DNA of 64,000 bases from an uncultured Bacteroidales bacterium (GCA_963732115.1 CAVSYN010000005.1:129410-193409); one strand, 5' to 3'; shown: positions 40,042-51,825, numbered from the stretch's first letter. Notes: generated from the letters alone by a model not told the origin. Translations and numbers: made by a program.

Positions 40042-40284
40042 GAAAGATGCATATCACAAACAGTTCCGAATATAATTTCCCTGATCAAATTTAAATCATA
40101 ACTATACGAATAGCAAATATAATTTAAGTTGAAACTGAACAGATTATGCTAGGTCCGGAAACGTGAAATCAGATTCTGTTTACTACTTTTCGGAAGTTTT
40201 TAAAGTGCGGTTGCAGGAAGACTTACAGTAAAAAATTGTCACCCGAATCTGGTACGCGCAGGCTTCGTGTTCCTGAAGCATCTA

Positions 40285-41064
40285 TTAATCCGGACTGGCA
40301 TTAATAATTTCTTTTCCCTGTGCGGCATTCACTTCCAGAATCGGAATATGTGTCGAAAATGCCCACAGCTCGGCTGACGATTCATGAAATGGCCTGTATT
40401 TTTGAGCAGTTCCGGAGTTAATGCAATGAACGATAAATTGTGCTCCCATTTGTTTCAGCTTCCATGCCAGATAAGGGTTTGGCATAGTTGTATAACCGGG
40501 GGTTGCCCAAAGATCGTTACAGATCAGAACGCCAAATCTGAGGCCTTTCCAGTCGAAAACCTTCAGCTCGCCTTCGGCATAATCGACCATTTCGCCGGTT
40601 CCCGGGACATCCAAATTACTGCAACGCAGGATCTTTGAATATTCTCCAATAAAATGACCATCCGGCGCGTATATCCGAACCTGGTTAAAACAGATTTCCC
40701 TGTCTCTGATTAGTTCCTTGTAACAGGTACCTAACATTAATCCTATCTTCATTTTTTGAGCGGCAGCTTTAACCTCCTCAAGGGCAGCGCTTAACTCACT
40801 CAGCTTAAAATTACTGGTATAACCCGATAATGAACCCTCAGGAGTAACCAGAAAGTCTGCTCCTTCCAGGGAAGCTTTCCGTATTCCATCGATTATTTGC
40901 TCCTTGTTGGCTTTTATATCATTGAGAGTATTCATTTGAAGGCCGGATATCACAATTGAGGAAGTCCCCTTTTTAACCGGAGATTCTGATTGGCCCAACG
41001 CTGCAGGAGCAAAGATGACAATGGTTGCAAAACTAATTCTTATGGCCAGTATAAACTGTTTCAT
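40285..41064 (-). CDS. Carbon-nitrogen hydrolase (nitrilase superfamily) with signal peptide
   Basis: The Glu-Lys-Cys context is LVTPEGS ... VLICNDLW. The ORF is intact at 259 aa with a hydrophobic N-terminal leader. Confidence 0.7.
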   Translation of the reverse strand: MKQFILAIRISFATIVIFAPAALGQSESPVKKGTSSIVISGLQMNTLNDIKANKEQIIDGIRKASLEGADFLVTPEGSLSGYTSNFKLSELSAALEEVKAAAQKMKIGLMLGTCYKELIRDREICFNQVRIYAPDGHFIGEYSKILRCSNLDVPGTGEMVDYAEGELKVFDWKGLRFGVLICNDLWATPGYTTMPNPYLAWKLKQMGAQFIVHCINSGTAQKYRPFHESSAELWAFSTHIPILEVNAAQGKEIINASPD

Positions 41065-41471
41065 TGGTTTTGAAGTTTGAACTCATCTGTAAAATTCCTC
41101 AACGCAATTTAATTGAAAAATGCCGAAATAAAAGTATCCTTTTTAACCTGATTTTGTAACTGTTTTTAAAACGGTTTGTTAATTTAGAGGATGTTGATGC
41201 GTATAGATGTTATTTGAATCCACGAGCTTACCGATCGCATCTTATGTATTTGGCAATCTAAAAATAATTAGAGATATAGTTGGTTAACTAATAAATTCGT
41301 TGTATATTTGGTATGAATTAACACGGGCATAGAAAGAAGCACATTTAATCTGTCGAATAAAGCAGATAAATGACTATCAATGATTATACAAGCAAATTAT
41401 TGATTTAAAGGCACTTAAAAGTATTTTATTTATTATAATCTGTACTTATATTAATTTAAATAATCACCTTA

Positions 41472-42260
41472 ATGAATGATATCGTAAAAGAATTGAAGGG
41501 AATTCCCAATTTCGACGACATCGTCTTCGAAAAGCGGAATAAAGAATACGGAGCTTATAAACTTCGCAAACGGTACAGCCGTAATGTAATTATTTCGGTT
41601 CTGATCGGAACCATAATCATGACCATGGCCGTTATCATTCCATATTTTAATGCCAAGGCTTTGGAAGCACGACAGAAGCGTGCTGAAAGGCAGGTAGAGA
41701 TCAAGATGGAGAATCTTGATCAGCCGGCTGAACAGATTACTCCTCCGCCTCCTCCACCTCCTCCTCCGCAGGATGTAGTTCAGCAGGCAAGATATGTTCC
41801 TCCGGTAGTTGTTGACTCTGTTAAACCTGAAGAAAACGTTCAGCTTATGACTGCCGATCAGGCCCAGGTTGAAGTAAAAAATGAGGAAGTAGTTGAAGAA
41901 GTTCAGGTTGCAAAAGAAGAGGTGCAGGGAGAAGAACCTGAGGCAGAACCATTTATTGTTGTGGAGGAAATGCCTACATTCCCCGGTGGCGAGATTGAAC
42001 TTCAGAAGTATCTTGCTGCAAATACAATATACCCGGAAGTTGCGAAGGAAAACAACGTACAGGGAAGAGTATTTGTCAAGTTCTGTGTGACTGCCAAAGG
42101 TGGCATTGATAAGGTTAGTATCTCCAAAAGTGTTGATCCTGAGCTTGATGCAGAAGCAATAAGGGTTGTAAAAACACTTCCGCCATTTAAGCCGGGCAAA
42201 CAGGGAGGAAAGCCCGTTCCCGTATGGTTCACTGTGCCCATTAATTTTCAGCTTAAATAA
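41472..42260 (+). CDS. tonB: Energy transducer TonB
   Basis: It has an N-terminal TM segment, a Pro-rich linker (TPPPPPPPPPQ) and a C-terminal TonB domain (MPTFPGGEIELQKYL...GRVFVKF...GKPVPVWFTVPINF). Confidence 0.85.
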   Translation: MNDIVKELKGIPNFDDIVFEKRNKEYGAYKLRKRYSRNVIISVLIGTIIMTMAVIIPYFNAKALEARQKRAERQVEIKMENLDQPAEQITPPPPPPPPPQDVVQQARYVPPVVVDSVKPEENVQLMTADQAQVEVKNEEVVEEVQVAKEEVQGEEPEAEPFIVVEEMPTFPGGEIELQKYLAANTIYPEVAKENNVQGRVFVKFCVTAKGGIDKVSISKSVDPELDAEAIRVVKTLPPFKPGKQGGKPVPVWFTVPINFQLK

Positions 42261-42579
42261 TATCAGGGAACTTCATCCCCTGGCGGGACTTCATATAGTG
42301 TCCGGATTGAATATCAGCTTCAATTTTGCAGGTGTTAAGGAAACAGGTGTTCCTTAGAATTCCTGCCAGGAGTATGATCTTCCGGTTTTTCCGTCAGAAA
42401 TGCGCATTATATGTCATATATTGCTTTATCCGGAAAGGAGGACCCTTTATTCGGGTAACGAAATTACAGTTAATTACAACAGTATGCCTGCTTTCCGTTG
42501 TTTATAGTAATTGGGTATTCTATTTCTCTTTTTTTTACTTTTATGTTTTGGAAAAATTAATCAAAAAATCTAAAAGATT

Positions 42580-43160
42580 ATGAAAACTTCTCATTTTAAA
42601 TGGCTGGCGGCTATGTTAGCCCTGATTGTCTTAGTTCCCAATTGTAAAAAGGATAACGGGAATGAGCAGTTCAGAATTTATCGGGAATTATGTTATAAGC
42701 AGCGCGACTCTAGCTGAGGCCCTTACAGTACCCACTGTTGAGGTTGGTAAGTATACCTATTCCTGCCGGAACAGATATAACCCAATTAATCCAGACTGCT
42801 CTCCTGAGTGCGGTAAGCTGCTCTTCTGCCGATAAATCATATGTGGAGTTAAGGGACGACTTTTCATTGTACCTGAGCTGTGAAGGGGCAAATGCATTAA
42901 ATGCAGGTACCTGGGATGAAGTGTCATCCACTTCATTAAAGCTGAACATGAATAGTGCGGCAATTCCGTCTTCACCTACCGGTATCGTTTTAACCGTAAC
43001 AGACATAACTATTGATCAGACCGGTTTGACCGGGACTACGAGTGTGCCATTAACAAAGACAATGATATCAGGTATTCTTGCTGCAATACCATTAACCTTA
43101 AGCCCCAGTGCCCTGGATTTTTATCTTGCAAAATTTTCAGTGGAGTTTGTGAAAAAATAA
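42580..43160 (+). CDS. Hypothetical lipoprotein, about two frameshifts
   Basis: MKTSHFKWLAAMLALIVLVPNCKKD has a lipobox. The body is in ORF 42738..43160. Confidence 0.4.
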
Positions 43161-43236
43161 CAAAACAATAACTATCTGACCAGATTGCATTTTTTGGAAA
43201 TTACCCTGCTCCTAATTCAGGAAGGGTGCAGCTGTA

Positions 43237-46076
43237 TTATTTTTTACCCTGGTCAATATATCCCAGAGCATCCTCATAAACAAGGCTGATATAAAATAAT
43301 CCGCCGATTTGCGCACTGCCAAAACTGGTTGTATAATATTTATTCAAAATATTCGAACCCCCCAGCTTAAATTCGGTGTTGATTGCCGGAAACTTGTAAG
43401 AAACATGTGAATCAAGCGTCGTAAATGCGGGTATTTCACCTGCGCCAAAACCAGACTCCCATATAAAGCCACTCTGCCAATGGATATTCAGGTTGAAACC
43501 GAGGTTCGGAAGGATTTCATGGTGACCAACAGACAGGTTTGCGCGGTATGCAGGAGAATTAAATCCGGCTTCCACCCCGGGTGCATCGAGGCTTTCAAGC
43601 AGCTTATTGCAAGCCAAATTGCTTCGCACCAAAATGCCGACAGGCGTCATATAATCCAGACCCACGGCCCATCCGTATGATGATACCGGCTTATCAGTAG
43701 TAAAAGAGGTCTGATACAGCAGATCCTTTTCTGTTCCGGCATCTTCAGCAAGTTGAGCCACAAGCTGAACCGCTTCAAATCCTTTGTATCTGTTGTAAAA
43801 CGCATAGGTATCGAGGAACAGCTTTTTGCCCAGGAACAATCCCTTGTATCCCAGCTCGAAGGAGGCAACTTTCTCAGGGCTTAAACCGGGAAGTGTAATC
43901 GGACCGTTCTCAGTGACCGGTTTGTCGGTAACCGGATTTCTTCCCGACATGGGATAAATTGGAATTGAATTAAAGTTATACTTATTCTGAACTTTAGGCA
44001 TCCCTCCGATTGTTCTGAATATTCCGGTATTTACGTCCACCCATTGATCGGCAATTGACGGAAAGCGGTAAGCTGTCTGGATGGTTCCCCGTATACTGTG
44101 CTCCTTTTTTTTATCCAGGAAACTTATCAGGGAAAACCGGGGTGTGTATTGGGATTCAAAATAATGGTTTTTATCGAACCTGAAAGCCCCGGTTATCCTG
44201 AGGCGGTCATTAATAAAGTTCTTGTTGATCTGTACATAAGCACCAAACTGGCTGATAATAATCGGCTTCCCCGGTTCATCGGCAAATACCGTCCCGTTGC
44301 TGTTGACAATATTAAAACGGTTTGAAACGCCTACCTGCATCTCCATAAAGTGGATAAGGTTTTTGAAATTGTACATTCCTTCAAGCTGATAAATTTTGCT
44401 GTTATCATAGACCCTGGCTCCGCCTTCATTAATGGATTTTGAAGTAATCTTATCAATCATTGTATTAAAATCATCTGTACCCGGAACAGGAATTGCCGGT
44501 TTGGATGGATTAAAAACAACTCCTGTTTTTGGATCCCTGTTGTCCGACACCAGGCGTGCAAACTGATGGGCACTGTTCATGTCGCCGGATATTAAGGCAG
44601 TTTGGGTGTATGCTGTAAGATAGTCCGAGAACCAGTTTTCAGAGGGTTTCCATTCTTCGTTAAGCAGAAGGGCGGCCCCTCCGATGTCGTATGAAGAACC
44701 CGAATTGTCAATCACTCCCCATGCCCTGATGTAATAGTTGGGATTATTCACCTCGATTTTTCCGGAAACGATATTGAATCCACGGGCTGCAAAACGGTTC
44801 TGGGCAGTATATACACTTGTCCCCTGGGCATAATTTGCCTGTGCAACTGCCTCGGTGCGTTCGTTTATAAAATAATGAAATGAACCCCCAAACCTGAGGT
44901 TTTTCGTCTTATTATCCGACAGATCCCTTTCAATCCATCCTGTTCGTGTAACCAGCTGGTCAGGAAAATATTGAATTGCCCTGTTATAGAGCTCCTGATA
45001 TTCCGGAGTGCCTGGTGTTATACCCTGGGATTCAGCAATACCATTGATAACGGCAGGGCCTACATCTTTAAGGTTAACCGACACCAGAAGCTCATCACCA
45101 TAGGTATTTACGCCATCATACCCGGGATTTGAATACCGGTTCAGCAATGCGTCATTCAAGGTTCGTCCGGTCTCTTTTATCACCTGCTGACCAATCGGTG
45201 GCATTGAGAAATGAACCTGTAACCTTAAGAGCCATGCGGTTGCTGAATGCTTTGGCGTATCTGAAATTCAACTCATACAACGGAGTTGCGTTATTTACAG
45301 TCTGGCTGGCAATGTTCATCAAACCGGATTGAAGCGAAACTGTAAGACCCTGATATTGGAAACGGATCTTTACTTTGCATTACCAGGGTGCCATTCATTC
45401 CGCCAGGTCCGTAGAGGGCAGTTGAAGCGCCAACCACCATCTCAACACTTTTAACATCAATCTGCGATAAACCAAATATATTTCCTGCCGAAAAACTCAA
45501 CCCGGGTGCAATATTCTCAACTCCATCAATGATCTGGTTCATCCTGTAATTTGTATAATCATTGAATCCCCTCGTATTTGGAAGCTGAAATGTAAGTCCA
45601 TGCACATTCATATCAACCCCTTTCATCAGATACAGGCCATCGTAGAAGTCTGAAGTTGAAATTTGCTTCAGATCGCGCAAATTCATTTTCTCAATGCTGA
45701 CCGGGGACCTTAATATATTTTCCTCGACGCGGCTTGCTGAAACCACAACTTCCTGCCCCAGCAGTAATTGTTCTTCCATTTTGATATCAAGGGAAGCAGT
45801 TGCCTTTGTTACCTCAATCTCCTGAGTTACATAACCAACAAATGAAATATGCAGGATGAGGGGCGGTGCCAGACGGGTCTTAAGTACAAAAACGCCGTCG
45901 TTGCCGGCGATTGTTCCATAAACGTCATTCTTTACTGTGACATGGGCACCAGCCATGGGCTCTCCCGTTTTGGCATCGGTGATCTTCCCTTTAATTTCAT
46001 AGGTTTGTGCCGATATTGAATTGAAAATCAGGCAGAGTAGTAATAAAGAAATTAAGTAGGATGTTGCTTTCATCAT
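43237..46076 (-). CDS. TonB-dependent receptor with carboxypeptidase-regulatory-like N-domain, split into two ORFs (break at about 45200-45290)
   Basis: The N-terminal fragment 45291..46076 reads IKGKITDAKTGEPMAGAHVTV...plug. The barrel is in 43237..45204. Confidence 0.8.
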
Positions 46077-46397
46077 TTTGTGAGTAAAATACTAATTTAA
46101 ACTCTAATATGAAACCGCTACTTTAGTGCTGTCAACTTCTCCTGGTTAATTCAGGTAGATTATCCGGTCTTTTCCATAAAAGGTCACCAATTTAAAGCAT
46201 TAAATCAGGCCCAGCAAATCTTTTTACAGGAGTTCCGGCCGGTTTAATAAATCCTGCAGGACATTTTCTGCCTGAAATCCCTTGTTTAAATATCAGTAAA
46301 AACAATCGGGAGGGTGATTTGTTGGGTTTTGTCAGGCTCTCTGGCGGCCTTTCGGGCCGGTGACAGAAGGAAGAAGTCATCCGCAGGATCAGATCCC

Positions 46398-47012
46398 TTA
46401 TTTACCGCAGGGCATGTATTTTCTGAAGATCTTTATCTTGAATTCTCCATCTGAAACAGGCATTGTGGCGCCAGTGGCTGATATAAGTGTGCCCTGGAAG
46501 GTGCCTGTCAGAATATCATCTGTCTTATCGGTAATTAAGACGGATGTTCCATAGAAATTGTTCAGAATATAGTGGTCAGCTGAACCCCAATTCCAGTTAT
46601 AGAACGGATAGAACTGTATTTCAGCCGACTTCCCGAATTCGGAAGGTACAGGAAGAGAAGTGGGTAATGAATCCAGCGGATATCCATTGATAAACATGGC
46701 AAAGACATAAGATGAATCACACCTGATTAAATTAATCTGGTTTAGGGTACTCTCCTTGCAATTCCCGTAAAAGTAGCAATTTGAGAAGCTGTCGATTGGC
46801 TGAACCTTTTCTATATGCTGTATAAATGTTCTGTAATCATCCCCAAAGTTACCTCTAATTGTACCAAGGGTAATCGGAGTACGCGCTTTCCCAGCCCTGT
46901 GATGGACAGGCAAAGGAGCCCTGGGTCCTATGATAACTATCTTATCACAGGCATATAACAGCATGAAAACGATCATCAGGAACACCCGTGTGAGCAACAA
47001 TGATGATTTCAT
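46398..47012 (-). CDS. Hypothetical lipoprotein
   Basis: Intact 204-aa ORF with a lipobox (MLLYACDK). I recognise no family. Confidence 0.45.
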   Translation of the reverse strand: MKSSLLLTRVFLMIVFMLLYACDKIVIIGPRAPLPVHHRAGKARTPITLGTIRGNFGDDYRTFIQHIEKVQPIDSFSNCYFYGNCKESTLNQINLIRCDSSYVFAMFINGYPLDSLPTSLPVPSEFGKSAEIQFYPFYNWNWGSADHYILNNFYGTSVLITDKTDDILTGTFQGTLISATGATMPVSDGEFKIKIFRKYMPCGK

Positions 47013-47184
47013 AAGTGGGTTTTAAGTATTCTAAGATAAGTAAGATTCCGATACCTGCTAAGAGTATTAAATGTTTGTATGCTTTAATGTTTCAGTTCTT
47101 TATTATTAAGATGTTTAAACACCTTCAAAGGTTGCTTAACTTTGCTCGAAATGCCGGGGCGGGCTTCTCGCCCTTCCGTCGCAA

Positions 47185-47208
47185 CAAAAAATCCCGCAGA
47201 AACGGGAT
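47185..47208 (-). terminator. Rho-independent terminator downstream of tRNA-Gln
   Basis: On the minus strand the stem is atcccg / cgggat with a 6-nt loop, followed by a T-run. Confidence 0.65.
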
Positions 47209-47215
47209 GTTTTTG

Positions 47216-47288
47216 TTGCTCTGTCAGGGCTCGAACCTGAACTTTTCTGATCCAGAGTCAGACGTGTTGCCAATTACACCACAGAGCA
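47216..47288 (-). tRNA. tRNA-Gln (anticodon CUG)
   Basis: I folded the cloverleaf by hand. The stems are acceptor TGCTCTG/CAGAGCA, D GTGT/ACAC, anticodon TCTGA/TCAGA and T TCAGG/CCTGA. The anticodon loop is CTCTGGA, the T loop TTCGAGC and the discriminator A. The length is 73 nt and no CCA is encoded. Confidence 0.9.
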
Positions 47289-47350
47289 GTTTGGAGGCTG
47301 CAAATATAAATAAAAACTAAGAAATCAAATATAGACTTATTGGCAAAAAA

Positions 47351-47432
47351 GTCATGCGGTCAGATAGTCATGCAGTCATACGGTCCAACTTTATATAGAC
47401 CACAAGACCGCACGACTGCACGACCGCAAGAC
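47351..47432. repeat. Imperfect inverted array of GTCATGCGGTC-type 11-mers
   Basis: The left-arm units gtcatgcggtc and gtcatgcagtc pair with the right-arm units gactgcacgac and gaccgcaagac, with one mismatch each. A related TGCGGTT/AACCGCA hairpin lies at about 48945-49016. Confidence 0.6.
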
Positions 47433-47451
47433 AAAAAGCTGCGCGAAGCTT

Positions 47452-48860
47452 TTAATTAATAGTATAATAAATCGTCAGTTTCGGCCTCATCGTGGCAGTG
47501 GGGAAATCGCTTGATGCAAACCTGAACCCCGGAAATTTTTCCGTAGGCCAGAGCTTGAAAAGCATCCCGTAATTTGCAGCCGCAATGTCATTCACCGGTA
47601 CAAAGAGGGTTGTCACATCAATTGTAATAAAATTGACATTCCTGAAAAACGGTGATATGAAAACCTGGTTAGCCAGAATGCTCTTGGGCTGATTGTTCCA
47701 GGTTACCTTATTTTCATCCCATGGCTCAACGATCTGCTGTAAAACACCTCCGTACCAAACCGGGCTGGTAACAGGTCCTGTAATAAACGCATTTACATCC
47801 CAGGGAACAGGAAGATCATAGAATAGCTGAAGGGTAACTTTTCTAATATTGGCCGACTTCGGAAGCGCATTCATATTGAACCATATCAGGCTCCTGTTGG
47901 AACGCATCACCGTTAAAACCGGTTCTGAAATGAATGTGGCCTCAAAGTACTTGTAATCTCCGAAATTCTTATCACCGTCGAGATTTGAAATCATAGCATC
48001 TTTACCGTCTTCTGGTCCCGGCTGAAGAACAAGTGTCTTCCACTGGTTGCTGTCCCAGGGAATCTTAAGGACCAGGGGATTCTCCTTTGTTGTTGCCATC
48101 AGTTCTGCTGCGGTGAATTCCAGCTTTTGAGACATATAGCCTTCTTTTTCAAGAAGAAAATAATAGACCCTTGAACCTCCCCTAATGACAAGATGATTTA
48201 TTGCAGCTTCCAGCTTAAAGGTATAATGCCAGTTGTTGTCTGCATAAACAGTCAGTTTCGCTGTGGTAAGCTGGGTCGGTGATGCACACATCGGACAATC
48301 CAGAATGCAAATTGTCCAGAAATCAAGTGGTTTGATGATCTGCATCCCAAAGCTTGCATAACCAAAATCGCCTGGCGTCTGCTCCCCAACAAGAAGCACT
48401 TCCGGGGCGACCCGGGTGACCCGGTCGGCAAATATGGTAAAATTGATCGGAAGAGGATCATTTACCAGGTATGCCAGAGGCGAACCTTCAAGAGGTGCTG
48501 CATAGATGACCTCACCTGATGGAGCTATCACAAGAAATTTTGTGAGATTGTAGTCTCCGGTTTGTAATTCAAGGTTTTCGCTGGTAAACGCAGGACCAAA
48601 TGCATATACCGGCAGGAGGGAATCTGTAATAACGGCATTCCCTTCCATATCCTCTATTGATACAAGAATATGGTAAGATAATATGCCGCTGTCGAGAGCC
48701 ACTCCTGAAAGAGATTTGGTTGTCTCTTCAGGCATGTTAAGAGAAAACTCAGCCATTCCTTTTACCGTTTTTGTCGTTTAATAATCCTCTCACATGATGA
48801 GAGGGCAAAAACAGTGAGGAAAGACATAAAACCAAAAAGGTATTTGATTAATGCTTTCAT
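47452..48860 (-). CDS. DNRLRE-domain-like secreted protein; the N-terminal lipoprotein signal is in a shifted frame
   Basis: The 434-aa ORF 47452..48756 has a C-terminal region (DGDKNFGDYKYFEATF...SNRSLIWFNMNALP...VTLQLFY) resembling DNRLRE domains. MKALIKYLLVLCLSSLF starts at 48860 in another frame. Confidence 0.5.
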
Positions 48861-49029
48861 ACTTACTAGTATTAAATTCTACGAAAAAAAACAGGTTATA
48901 ACTCATTCAGAGGCAAATACCATGCCAAAAGGAAGTTATGCCAGTTCTGCGGTTTTACGGTTCTGCAAGTTCAACCAGAACAACATGCACAACCTGCAAA
49001 ACTTGCATAACCGCAGTAGACATGCACAA

Positions 49030-50736
49030 CTACTTATTGATTTTAGCCCAGGTATCCTTCAGGGAGACCGTACGGTTAAACACCAGGTGATCTTCAGTGG
49101 AATCGATAGTCGACACAGAAATATCCCAGTCGCTGGAACTGGAACTTGTCGAGGTGCTTTGCTGATTTAAGCGATGGTTCGACTTTGCAGTCATTTAGTA
49201 TTTTAAGTGAATCGGGATTGAGAAACTTCCGGTAATCTTCATCTTTTTGTCCGGCAGGGTCTTCGTGATTGAAAAGACGGTCATACAATCTCACTTCTGC
49301 ATTGACAGCATGCCTGGCTGAGACCCAGTGCAATGTCCCTTTGACCTTTTTATCCGAGGCATGGCCACCGCTTCTGGTTGATGGATCATAGGTACAGTAA
49401 ACCTCATTTATTTCACCTGTCTTTTCATCCTTTTTGAACCCTTCACATTTTACGATGTAGGCTCCTTTTAACCGCACTTCCATTCCGGGTGCAAGACGGA
49501 AAAACTTGTGGGGAGGTATTTCCATGAAATCGTCCTTCTCAATATAGATCTCGCGGCAGAATGGAACAACCCTTTTCCCCATGCTCTCATCCTCAGGATT
49601 GTTGATCAGTTCAACATCCTCGCATTTGTCTTCGGGATAATTTGTAATTATGACCTTTAACGGGTTCAATACTCCGAATACCCTTGATGTCCTGAGGTTG
49701 AGGTCCTCGCGAACAGCATGTTCAAGGAGGGAGACGTCATTAATGGCTTCTACCTTTGTATACCCGATAAGATCGATAAACTTTCTGACCGCTTCCGGTG
49801 TATAGCCCCTGCGCCTGAGTCCGCACAGTGTAGGCATCCTGGGATCGTCCCAGCCTGATACCTTTCCCTCCTCAACAAGCTCCAGAAGCTTGCGCTTGCT
49901 CATCATAGTATAGGTCAGATTGAGCCGGTTGAATTCAATTTGCCTGGGCCGGTAATTGCCGGTCTTCAGTCTGGTCGACAAGCCAGTCGTATAAGGGCCG
50001 GTGCACCTCGAATTCAAGAGTGCAGAGAGAATGGGTTATACCTTCAAAATAATCGCATTGTCCGTGAGCGAAATCGTACATCGGATATACCTTCCATTTA
50101 TCGCCCGTCCGGTGGTGGTCAGATTTTATGATCCTGTAAATAATCGGATCGCGCATCTGCATGTTAGGGGAGGAGAGATCAATTTTCGCCCTGAGAACCC
50201 TGCTTCCTTCATCGAATTCACCGCGGTTCATCCTTTCAAAAAGATCCAGGCTTTCTGGTAAAGCCCTGTTACCGGTAAGGACTTTCCGTACCTGGTTGGG
50301 AAGGTGTACCCTTTTGTGAGGAAATAACTTCTGCAGACTGGTCATCAACATAAGCAAGCCCTCGTTTGATAAGATCAACCGCAAAATCGTAAAGCTTCCC
50401 GAAATAATCGGAGGCGTAGTATTCACGGTCTTCCCAGTCGAAGCCAAGCCAGCGGATGTCCTCTTTTATTGAGTCGATATATTCGACTTCCTCTTTGACC
50501 GGATTGGTATCATCGAACCTCAGGTTGCATTTCCCGCCATATTTCTTTGCCATGCCAAAGTCGAGGCAAATTGCTTTAGCATGACCAATGTGAAGATAGC
50601 CGTTTGGTTCCGGAGGAAACCTGGTATGTATCCTGCCCTCGTTTTTCCCTTCTTTCAGATCGTCAATAATAAATTGCTCAATAAAACTTACTGAAGGTTT
50701 AGATTCTCCTTTTCCGGCAATGTTCTCTTCACTCAT
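49030..50736 (-). CDS. glnS: Glutamine--tRNA ligase, at least three frameshifts (about 50270, about 49969, about 49110)
   Basis: It is collinear with E. coli GlnRS across ORFs 50269..50736 ([18 protein letters not shown]), 49935..50447 (MRDPIIYRI...[19 protein letters not shown]) and 49094..50017 (MSKRKL...). The tail [17 protein letters not shown] is in a fourth frame. Confidence 0.9.
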
Positions 50737-50793
50737 CCTTACTTTATTTAAGATTACAAAAATAGGATGAATTTGAGACTCACTTGCATAGAG

Positions 50794-51103
50794 TTATTGA
50801 TTTTTTTCCGGATTCAGGTAATCTTTAAGATCCCTGACGTACTCTGCAAACTTCTGCTTTCCCAAGAGGAGTGATATGGCACACGGTCTGGGGATAGTTA
50901 TTGTGGAACTTCTTTGTCACCTCAATATATCCTGCGTCTTTTAGTTTGGTCAACTGTATGCTGAGGTTTCCGGCAGTTGCTCCAGACTGTTCCTGCAGCC
51001 AGGTAAACTCGGCTACCTCAGTGCCTACAAGAAGGGATATCACTGCAAGCCTCAGCTGCGAATGCAGGACCGGGTCGAGCTCATTAAAGCGTGTCATGGT
51101 CAA
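50794..51103 (-). CDS. Winged-helix transcriptional regulator, frameshift near the 3' end
   Basis: LDPVLHSQLRLAVISLL...LSIQLTKLKDAGYIEV is a wHTH pattern. The tail FAEYVRDLKDYLNPEKNQ* is in a shifted frame. Confidence 0.55.
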
Positions 51104-51671
51104 CTTTTCTTTTTAAGAGATAGCCCGGGATCAGGTAACCTGTAAGCATGGCCACTGGTACAGCAAGATGTGCAATGTCAAACCCGCCGAAATGAGCTAC
51201 AAGTGCAAATATCCAAAAGGTAATTGCCCCGATTATCAGCGGTCTGAACTTGATGATAAATCCGGAAATAAATGTCGGGACTGCAGCGAGAGTCAGGATG
51301 AACGGGGGAACAGATTCCATATCTTTCGAAACTATAATAAAAAGTACTATTGCTGAAAGCAGGAATCCCATCCAGGTCCAGACATAAATTATTTCAGCAT
51401 AGGTATGAACCTTGGCTTTCCTTCCGTTAACATAACCGTATATCATTGAAACAAAAGCCCCTGGTATTACCAACAGCCAGACGATCCACGGATTAGGGAT
51501 GTCGGTTAGCTTAGAAAGAAGGTATTCAGTGAGACTGCAAATAAATATGAGCCATCCCCAGAACAGGAGATGAAAGCTGCCCTGCCGGATATTGACCTTA
51601 GTCTTGTTTATCATTTCCGAAATGATCTTCAGGCTCTCTTCTCCTGTCATGAAATTTTCGTTGTTTTCCAT
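51084..51671 (-). CDS. Hypothetical polytopic membrane protein (pairs with the downstream wHTH regulator)
   Basis: It has five or six hydrophobic segments. The likely start is MENNENF. It overlaps the regulator start by 20 nt. Confidence 0.5.
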   Translation of the reverse strand: MENNENFMTGEESLKIISEMINKTKVNIRQGSFHLLFWGWLIFICSLTEYLLSKLTDIPNPWIVWLLVIPGAFVSMIYGYVNGRKAKVHTYAEIIYVWTWMGFLLSAIVLFIIVSKDMESVPPFILTLAAVPTFISGFIIKFRPLIIGAITFWIFALVAHFGGFDIAHLAVPVAMLTGYLIPGYLLKRKVDHDTL

Positions 51672-51825
51672 AATAATGCTTATTTTTAAGTTAGATTGAA
51701 AACGAATATAAACATATTGCAAATATAAACTACTTTATAATATAAACCAAATATATTTGCAATTATTTTTGGATTTAGTTTTAATAGATTGATTGTTAAT
51801 TAATTAACAGATGATTACCCCCAAT

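Noticed and set aside
41740-41775. A CCT/CCG-rich tandem tract.
   Set aside because: It encodes the poly-proline linker of TonB (TPPPPPPPPPQ). This is a normal feature of the protein, not a non-coding repeat.
42326-42583. An 85-aa ORF between tonB and the lipoprotein gene.
   Set aside because: It has a hydrophobic, low-complexity translation of AT-rich promoter DNA. It ends exactly where the lipoprotein ATG begins, and a TATGTTTTG promoter-like motif lies inside it.
46192-46554. 62- and 64-aa ORFs on both strands in the spacer between the TonB-dependent receptor and the 204-aa lipoprotein gene.
   Set aside because: Their composition is implausible (Pro/Arg/Ser-rich), they overlap each other and the neighbouring gene end, and they carry no motifs. 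I treated the region as a non-coding leader.
49935-50447. Programmed ribosomal frameshifting in glnS or gltX.
   Set aside because: There is no slippery heptamer or stimulatory structure at the shift sites (cgg-t-aac, cag-a-ctg). Shifts go in both directions, and about 20 unrelated genes are affected.
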